Below, piece by piece: positions 57,721-64,000 of a stretch of DNA of 64,000 bases. Source of the DNA: a phage. The first letter of the stretch is position 1, and the number at the start of each line of letters is the position of its first letter. The notes below the pieces were generated by a model. The model made no database searches. It worked only from the letters and a program-made list of their open reading frames with translations, and was not told where the DNA came from. The position numbers were made by a program, and so were the translations under genes. The DNA is taken from sequence record PZ386980.1. The stretch is one strand, 5' to 3'.

Positions 57721-58744
57721 AGTTCAGTGCATTTAATGCATTGTTCAGTTTAGAACGTTGCTTCGTGAGATTTTTGACTTTTTCTTGTGCTTTTTCTAGC
57801 ATCTTTTCAGCTTCTAACACTTCATTGGTCGCTTTAACGAGTTCATCATCTACTGCCTTGATAGACTTCTCAATCGCATCCGCGTGCCATTTTTCAACAG
57901 GTTTAAGACTCGGATTTTCAATAGGAAGAAAATTCACTTTATTGAATTTCCATGCATCCTTATTACCTGAACTATACATCCAAAATTTAGGATCGTTTGA
58001 TGAGTAATTGGATAAATTTAAATTTAAGTTATCTTGCACTTCCTGCTTCTTCTCTTGCGTGACTTCGTCCTTTCTCAAAAAATCATATTTAAATGAAACA
58101 ATCATATCAAGTTCATATGTTGTTGTGTCTAATTTAAATCGTTCGAAATGCTGTGAAATCTTAGACTGAACAGCGGCAACAACATCCATATACTTAAATG
58201 CTTCTGTCAACTGTGATTTAAGGCATTCACAAATTGAAAGAGAATTTTTTGTATTAGGTTTAAAGCTAATTCGTGCAGTTCTATTATTTTCTTTTAATGG
58301 TCTTACTTCCATCTGAAGAGTATAACCATCAAATTTCAAGTTCTTTAAGTTAATATCAGAACCTTTTAATCGACTAGCAGTTGATAAAATTTGCTTTAAT
58401 TGTCTACGGAACAGAGCAATAAATCTCCATTCAATACGATAATGATTTGGATTGAAAAATCCAGATGATAAATCGACCTTACTCTGACCAACACCTTGAA
58501 CAAATAGAGGATTTTTATAATCAATAGTTTTACAGAAATCGGTGAGCTGCTCACGAGCAGTCATTTGTGTAATATATCCCGCTTTACTAAAATGACGTAA
58601 CCATTCACTGCTATTCATATACTTAAAGTGAATGGAACTATTAACTCTATCAGGGTCTAAATTATTTTGGCACAAAAATGTCATAACATCACGAGTATAG
58701 CTGGCATTACGAACCATATCTTCAATTTGAGAACGAGTTTTCAT
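57719..58744 (-). CDS. coiled-coil-tailed family member 3 (341 aa)
   Basis: N-terminus MKTRSQIEDMV; coiled-coil C-terminus. Confidence 0.55.
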   Translation of the reverse strand: MKTRSQIEDMVRNASYTRDVMTFLCQNNLDPDRVNSSIHFKYMNSSEWLRHFSKAGYITQMTAREQLTDFCKTIDYKNPLFVQGVGQSKVDLSSGFFNPNHYRIEWRFIALFRRQLKQILSTASRLKGSDINLKNLKFDGYTLQMEVRPLKENNRTARISFKPNTKNSLSICECLKSQLTEAFKYMDVVAAVQSKISQHFERFKLDTTTYELDMIVSFKYDFLRKDEVTQEKKQEVQDNLNLNLSNYSSNDPKFWMYSSGNKDAWKFNKVNFLPIENPSLKPVEKWHADAIEKSIKAVDDELVKATNEVLEAEKMLEKAQEKVKNLTKQRSKLNNALNALN

Positions 58745-58752
58745 AGTGTTCC

Positions 58753-59658
58753 TTAAGATTTAAGTAAATCAACAATTTTAATTAATTTTTCACGCTCAGA
58801 TTTAGCTTTATTACTCAATCCAGATAGTCTGAAAATTTCATCGTCATACTGTTGAATAGAAATATTCAGCTCTTCAATTTGCTTATTAAAATAATCAATT
58901 TGCTCAGAATGTTTTTCGTTACTACGAACTGGTACAGGGTTTGTAGGCAATTTAGTTAAACTGGATTCATCCGGGCGATAAATTAAAATGCAATTTGAAC
59001 CAATCGGGCATTTAGCACCAGATGAATATTCTAACGTTCCAGCTTCTTTTAAAACTTCAAAAGCTAAACAGAGATGATGCCCCATATTAACATAATCTGT
59101 AGAGTGAGCTCTGACGTAATAATCATCTCCACGAGTACTAAATTTAAAGCATTTAAGGTCTTCTGTATTATTAGTTTTAAAAATCATTTGTTTATCTAGA
59201 CCTTTAGCCAATCGAGCACCTAATGCTAATAATCGTCGTTGATTTTCCCACAAATCCGCAATCATTTGATCGAATGACAATTTCGGCATTAGTCGACCAT
59301 AAAGGTCATATCCTTTATTATAATTGCGAAGAATTTCACTCGCGTTAATGCGAGACAATGCTCCAATTTTATTAAGGGCTTTCATGATGCGATTAGATAA
59401 ACTCATTCCAGACCCATTTGTTCGCTGTAAATGTTTTTCTAATCCAAACCCAATATCAACTTTAAATTTATCTAAAATTTCAGCATGAACATCTCTGTCA
59501 ATAACATTCAAATCCAAAGTTGGGTTAAATCTATGAAAAAATTTATCTGGCTCTCCACGACGAAATACAGTCCATTCATTCATCATTTTTTTATTAACTA
59601 AAGATTTAATTACTGCATTGACATTATTAATTACTACTGACATATTTTTCTCACTCAA
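58753..59658 (-). CDS. coiled-coil-tailed protein 4 (301 aa)
   Basis: coiled-coil C-terminus. Confidence 0.55.
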   Translation of the reverse strand: MSEKNMSVVINNVNAVIKSLVNKKMMNEWTVFRRGEPDKFFHRFNPTLDLNVIDRDVHAEILDKFKVDIGFGLEKHLQRTNGSGMSLSNRIMKALNKIGALSRINASEILRNYNKGYDLYGRLMPKLSFDQMIADLWENQRRLLALGARLAKGLDKQMIFKTNNTEDLKCFKFSTRGDDYYVRAHSTDYVNMGHHLCLAFEVLKEAGTLEYSSGAKCPIGSNCILIYRPDESSLTKLPTNPVPVRSNEKHSEQIDYFNKQIEELNISIQQYDDEIFRLSGLSNKAKSEREKLIKIVDLLKS

Positions 59659-60059
59659 TTTTCAATTTTACTAAATACACAGAATATGATGGAAAAGACT
59701 ATATAAGCACCGCACACAGATTGAACTAATACCATTCCAAAGAACCAAATAATATTATCAAACAGTGTCTGTTTTACGTCGAAAGGACGTAAACTTACAG
59801 TAATATTATCACCTTTTTCTATTGAAGAATACATCTCTGGTGAAATATATTCACTAAATCTATAACCGTCTTTGAGTTCATATACAGCAATAAACGATAA
59901 ACTAGACCCCTTTCCTTGAGTTCCTGTAAGGGTATTAACTACAGTAACATCATAATCTTTATAATGCATATAATCATTAATTGCGTAATAACCATATGCA
60001 ACTACTACACATAAACAACATATCAATAAATTCAATCTTTTAATTATCAACTGTTTCAT
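59655..60059 (-). CDS. membrane protein (134 aa)
   Basis: N- and C-terminal hydrophobic segments. Confidence 0.5.
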   Translation of the reverse strand: MKQLIIKRLNLLICCLCVVVAYGYYAINDYMHYKDYDVTVVNTLTGTQGKGSSLSFIAVYELKDGYRFSEYISPEMYSSIEKGDNITVSLRPFDVKQTLFDNIIWFFGMVLVQSVCGAYIVFSIIFCVFSKIEN

Positions 60060-60084
60060 AATAATCTCAATTAAAAGGGCTTAG

Positions 60085-60115
60085 AACCATTATACCATCC
60101 TTGGTATAAAGCGGT
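60085..60115 (-). promoter_or_regulatory. candidate middle/early promoter with stem-loop
   Basis: minus strand GCTTTA - 12 nt - GGTATAATGG; TACCA/TGGTA inverted repeat. Confidence 0.4.
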
Positions 60116-60642
60116 TATGCGAGTACCGTCTTTAACCGTTCTTCAAACTTCCGAAGAGTATTCTGGCGTTCAGCTCTTTGCTTTTTGTAAGTTTCAATAC
60201 GCTCTGAAATGAGATTGTATCGTTCATTTACTGTTTCTTTCATAAAATCAGGAATTTCACGAGAAGCTTTAATCTCGTCAAATTTATCAATAACAGCTTG
60301 CTCTTCAGCAATTAAGTTATCATACATCAAAATATCTTTCTTGATGAACTCAATATCTTCTTGAGTTACACGAGATAACTTAGATGCTTTATCCTTTTTG
60401 TACTGTTCGTTAGTATCACGAGACCAGTGTAATGTACGATTTTTATTCGTATTCTTGTAAATTTCTACAATACCAATCTCATCGATAATAACGATCCAAT
60501 TCCAACGGGATTTGTAAATTTGTCCTCCATCAACAGTGATTTCACCACCGATTGAGACATCATTAAAGAACTTGCTTTGAGCTTCAGATTTAAATTTACC
60601 ATCATTGTAGTTTACCAAGTTGAAAATATCTTTAGCATTCAT
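60115..60642 (-). CDS. coiled-coil-tailed protein 5 (175 aa)
   Basis: coiled-coil C-terminus; ATG after the conserved cassette leader. Confidence 0.55.
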   Translation of the reverse strand: MNAKDIFNLVNYNDGKFKSEAQSKFFNDVSIGGEITVDGGQIYKSRWNWIVIIDEIGIVEIYKNTNKNRTLHWSRDTNEQYKKDKASKLSRVTQEDIEFIKKDILMYDNLIAEEQAVIDKFDEIKASREIPDFMKETVNERYNLISERIETYKKQRAERQNTLRKFEERLKTVLA

Positions 60643-60644
60643 TT

Positions 60645-60702
60645 TCTGTTCCTCCGTAGTTGATAGTTGTATAGTATCACAGAGGAACAGTCTTGTAAAC
60701 CA
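60645..60702 (-). promoter_or_regulatory. early promoter cassette (PeSL-type)
   Basis: GTTTAC -35, GATACTATAC -10, 9-bp inverted repeat CTGTTCCTC/GAGGAACAG enclosing the -10. Confidence 0.5.
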
Positions 60703-61017
60703 CTAAAAGAAACTTCTTTCACAATTTTTTCCACTGAACCACGCGCTCACTGCTTTCTTAGTCTCAGGAGCAGTGTTATCCATAAACCATTCAAAGGCAG
60801 CCTTTTTATGATTCTGGAGGGCTTCTCGGGCTTTAATCTGCTCACGGTCTATTAACACTAACATATGAGCCTTTCTTGTCACCAGGGGCTTCTTATGATT
60901 TTTTGAATATTCCCAATCATTTGTCCATCGCATTGTTGTTGCGAACTGAAATACTGCTTCTTTAATTTTAGTTTCATAAATTTCACGAGCCTTTGAGTAT
61001 AACATCATTACCTCCAT
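60703..61017 (-). CDS. hypothetical protein (104 aa)
   Basis: ORF track. Confidence 0.5.
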   Translation of the reverse strand: MEVMMLYSKAREIYETKIKEAVFQFATTMRWTNDWEYSKNHKKPLVTRKAHMLVLIDREQIKAREALQNHKKAAFEWFMDNTAPETKKAVSAWFSGKNCERSFF

Positions 61018-61087
61018 TTACCAGTTTAATTCTAGTCATCTTTTTGATGGCAGTCCATATAATCTATTTCTGAACTGCCTTTTTGTC

Positions 61088-61807
61088 TTAGGATTCTTCT
61101 AAATGTCTTTTCTGAAAAGTTGATACCATACTACGATACGGTTCATTTGGATATCCGTGTTTTATAGCTTCCTTTGTAAATTTTCTCCATCCATATTTAG
61201 TTTCTTTCCAAAGCTCGAATAATTCATCTTCATATTGCCATATAGTTAAATGAGAACGCTTTGCAGCTTTAATTCCATTAATATGCTTTTCTTTTACTAC
61301 AGGATTGCTTAGTTTCTTTTTAATAATATTACTAACTTTTCTAACAAAAACTGGGTCCTTATATCGTTGCGAAGTTTTTATTGAAGTGTTTAATTTAGCT
61401 TCCGGCGTGGATGTGACCTCTTTCATCTTTTTCTTCATATGCTGTATATGATTAGGATTTTTCCATAAATTTATAGAATGCTTTTTGCATTTTATCCTAG
61501 TTTCATCTGCAACCTTTCCTCCTTCACCCCCGTATGACAGGTTAACACAGTTTTTTCCATATTTCAATTTACCTGCCATGATATATAATATTTCAGCTTG
61601 TACCATTTTATCATAATTATCAAAAACTTCTAAAACCGTTTTTGATAATATGTGGTCATTTGACACTTTTACACGTTCTATATAATTTCCACTACCAACA
61701 TACGAATCATTGATGTTATTAGTTATATGTCGACCATAATAGTATTTCTTAATACCTGTCTTTAAATTTAATATTTCAGTTTTATAGATAGTAAAATATT
61801 TTTTCAT
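61088..61807 (-). CDS. GIY-YIG homing endonuclease (Seg-like, 239 aa)
   Basis: N-terminal FTIYKTEILNLKTGIKKYYYGRH (GIY-x11-YIG-like); K-rich repeats in the C-terminal half. Confidence 0.55.
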   Translation of the reverse strand: MKKYFTIYKTEILNLKTGIKKYYYGRHITNNINDSYVGSGNYIERVKVSNDHILSKTVLEVFDNYDKMVQAEILYIMAGKLKYGKNCVNLSYGGEGGKVADETRIKCKKHSINLWKNPNHIQHMKKKMKEVTSTPEAKLNTSIKTSQRYKDPVFVRKVSNIIKKKLSNPVVKEKHINGIKAAKRSHLTIWQYEDELFELWKETKYGWRKFTKEAIKHGYPNEPYRSMVSTFQKRHLEES

Positions 61808-62772
61808 TTTAATAATACCGTTTCAGCGATTTCTTCCCAACCGTTTTTGTCGGTCATAATAAAGTCAGCAAGATAAAGTGCAGTACGCAGTGAAACATTA
61901 CGTAAACGATTAACATTGACTTTCATCCATGATAATGCTTTATAAGTTTCTTCATCAGAAAGACCGCGCTTTTGCATCATGTCGGTTGAAAGAATAACAT
62001 CTTCAACCCTGACCATAATTTCTTCATTAGTGTGAACACCCAAATCCAAATAAACTGAGCGGGACACTAATGCTTGTAAATGTGGAGCAAGTTTAGTACC
62101 ACGGTCTAATTCGCGGTCAATGTCAACGTTTGTGATAAAAACAATCGTTCCTTTAAATTCAAACTCACGCTCAATGCCTTTTTCTTCTAAGTAAGAAGAT
62201 GCGGTGCTCCAGCAGACTTTACGGGTCTCTCCAGTGTCCAGAGCAGCTTTCAGAAGATTAAGAATGTCCATATCAGAGAAAACATCCACATCATCAATCA
62301 AAAGGACAGAATTCTCTTCACGATTATTCCAAAGCTGTTCATAAAGACCAATACCAGAGATTTTACCATTAATGCTTTTATACTCAATGTATCCAATATC
62401 ATTTGCTTTATTTAAAGCTTTATCTAAAGAATACGTTTTACCAATACCTGCTGCTCCCGAGATAATTAATGAACGAATGTTTCCGTTAATAATACCATTC
62501 GTCATCATTCCCATAACATTAAATCTTTTATTAATGCGGGTTTTCATATCTTCATACGATTCTTTAACTTCTTCAACTTTTACACCATCATATGAAATGT
62601 CTGATTTGTAAACCCAAACACCGCGACGCTTACCGTCAATTTCAACAAAAACTTTACCATCTCCTTGTGCATCTACCGGAGCATTATCTGGGAACCATTC
62701 GCCTAAGAGCTCAAAAGTTCCAGAGATTTCTTTACCGAAGTAGATACCCTTATTGATAGTTACAGTTTTCAT
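61804..62772 (-). CDS. AAA+/P-loop ATPase (322 aa from MKTVTINKG)
   Basis: Walker A GAAGIGKT, Walker B VLLIDDVD; first 22 track codons are promoter read-through. Confidence 0.65.
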   Translation of the reverse strand: MKTVTINKGIYFGKEISGTFELLGEWFPDNAPVDAQGDGKVFVEIDGKRRGVWVYKSDISYDGVKVEEVKESYEDMKTRINKRFNVMGMMTNGIINGNIRSLIISGAAGIGKTYSLDKALNKANDIGYIEYKSINGKISGIGLYEQLWNNREENSVLLIDDVDVFSDMDILNLLKAALDTGETRKVCWSTASSYLEEKGIEREFEFKGTIVFITNVDIDRELDRGTKLAPHLQALVSRSVYLDLGVHTNEEIMVRVEDVILSTDMMQKRGLSDEETYKALSWMKVNVNRLRNVSLRTALYLADFIMTDKNGWEEIAETVLLK

Positions 62773-62774
62773 TT

Positions 62775-62840
62775 TATTCTCCAAATCTGTATCAGTTGAT
62801 AGTTGTATAGTACCATAAAGCTTTATGCTTGTAAACAACT
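62775..62840 (-). promoter_or_regulatory. early promoter cassette (PeSL-type)
   Basis: minus strand GTTTACAAGCATAAAGCTTTATGGTACTATACAACTATCAACTGATACAG. Confidence 0.5.
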
Positions 62841-62857
62841 TTGTGAAAAATTTTTGA

Positions 62858-62885
62858 AATAAAAAAGGGAGCCCGAAGGCTCCCT
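62858..62885 (-). terminator. rho-independent terminator downstream of the 337-aa gene
   Basis: GGGAGCCUUCGGGCUCCC hairpin plus U-run; same terminator-UP-promoter arrangement as 2740-2834. Confidence 0.5.
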
Positions 62886-62886
62886 A

Positions 62887-63900
62887 TCATTTATAATAAC
62901 TTCGATGGTTTTCGAGATACACCTTCTCAAGGAAGTCATCCCAGAAACCCATGTCTACTTTTTGCTGCATACCGTTCTTAGAAGCTTCAGTAGATGCTGC
63001 TTCTACTTGATCGACCACATCTTCCAAAAACTCTTGAACTGTTTTAAATGGATGTTTACCCAACTTCACGTCGAGAATAAATGGAGCATCTTGGAGTGGA
63101 TAAATCAAGTCGCCAGTTTTGTAAATTTCCAATAGTTGAAGTCCACCACGACAAGCATGACTTAGTGCTTTCCAATCAATGCCTTCATTGGCTTCGGCCT
63201 TACGAGCACGTTCACCATATTCAGCATCTAATTTGTTCAGTGACTGCTTAAGCTCAATAAGAGAAAGCGTTGTCTGATATTTACGACCCAACACAGTGTA
63301 GAACGTTTGCGGGCCTGTTTTCTCGTGATTATGGAACACCCATTCACAGAATTCGTTTTCTGGAAGACGATGCTTAATATCTTCAATTTTAGTGCGACGT
63401 TGTCCTTGTGTTCCATCTTCTCGGTAGACATTCCGTTGATCAGGAATTTGATTAACTACTTTCAATACATCACGTAATGCAGCCAAACGAGAACCCTTGA
63501 CACCGTATTTAGAAGCTTGCTTGCGAACATATCCTAAATAGGATTTCATGTTAGTCGTATAAAAACGAGAACGGTTGTCTTGAATAAACTTCCACACATC
63601 AGGCAAATCTGATTTAACTACTAGCTCAGGTGGAGTGTGAAGCATATCCAATGCTACGGTTTCACCATCTGCTGCTAATTTAAAGAAATATTTAAGACTG
63701 TATAGTTCATGGTCAATATCATCTTTAGTGTTTTTAGATGATGTGTTGTTAGTGTTTTTACTCATGTGCTCTTTGACATTTCCGATAAGAATATCACGAG
63801 CAGGAGGAACAAAGATTTCTTTAAAATCTACATCAGATTCTGGGGTAGAAGTTCCATAAAGATGACTACCAAAATAGCTTTTCATTACTGTTTTCATCAT
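62887..63900 (-). CDS. predicted nucleotidyltransferase-fold protein (337 aa)
   Basis: N-terminal FGSHLYGTSTPESDVDF (GS ... DxD, Pol-beta-type NTase signature). Confidence 0.5.
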   Translation of the reverse strand: MMKTVMKSYFGSHLYGTSTPESDVDFKEIFVPPARDILIGNVKEHMSKNTNNTSSKNTKDDIDHELYSLKYFFKLAADGETVALDMLHTPPELVVKSDLPDVWKFIQDNRSRFYTTNMKSYLGYVRKQASKYGVKGSRLAALRDVLKVVNQIPDQRNVYREDGTQGQRRTKIEDIKHRLPENEFCEWVFHNHEKTGPQTFYTVLGRKYQTTLSLIELKQSLNKLDAEYGERARKAEANEGIDWKALSHACRGGLQLLEIYKTGDLIYPLQDAPFILDVKLGKHPFKTVQEFLEDVVDQVEAASTEASKNGMQQKVDMGFWDDFLEKVYLENHRSYYK

Positions 63901-64000
63901 TCAGCCTTATATTCAATAACAGGACATACTTTAGCTTTACGAGCTTTTAAAAATTCAACGATAATCGATTTCTTGGGTTGAATAGGAGGTAAACCTTTAT
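63901..64000 (-). CDS. 3' end of a gene that starts beyond the window
   Basis: in-frame ...KGLPPIQPKKSIIVEFLKARKAKVCPVIEYKAE*; stop overlaps the start of the downstream gene. Confidence 0.5.

Noticed and set aside
1-64000. Possibility that the window is a prophage or integrative element
   Set aside because: No integrase, attachment-site repeats, tRNA or host genes; the content is a contiguous lytic T4-like replication and nucleotide-metabolism region.
1-64000. CRISPR arrays, tRNA or rRNA genes, group I introns
   Set aside because: No regularly spaced direct repeats or tRNA-like structures noticed; nrdD is a single uninterrupted ORF, so no intron there. I could not run a covariance-model search, so small RNAs cannot be excluded.

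Overview
This window is a T4-like (Tevenvirinae) phage early/middle gene region, syntenic with T4 from asiA/motA/gene 52 through rIIB-rIIA-39, dexA-dda-modA/B-soc, 56-61-41-40-uvsX-42-imm, 43-regA-62-44-45-rpbA-46-47-agt-55, nrdG-nrdD-49-nrdC and a run of nrdC-downstream ORFs. Product names come from recognising the translated proteins and gene order from memory of T4; no database search was run. Almost every gene is on the minus strand (transcribed from high to low coordinate). The only supported plus-strand genes are an HNH homing endonuclease (40210-40923) and a candidate small membrane ORF (24772-24972). Gene 39 is one uninterrupted 605-codon ORF (no gene 60 split or bypass), and the uvsX-42 interval holds a 282-aa DxD glycosyltransferase rather than a T4-type beta-gt, so the phage looks T2/T6-like rather than T4 itself. 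Intergenic regions carry a repeated promoter-early-stem-loop (PeSL-type) cassette, MotA-box middle promoters and many CUUCGG hairpins. The most novel-looking items are three homing-endonuclease insertions (two HNH, one GIY-YIG, one HNH apparently frameshifted), two tandem paralog triplets, a family of proteins with variable heads and coiled-coil tails, and duplicated gene-junction cassettes. No tRNA, rRNA, CRISPR array or integrase was seen. Starts taken from the ORF track can be non-ATG or over-extended through promoter cassettes; I corrected those I could verify by frame arithmetic.
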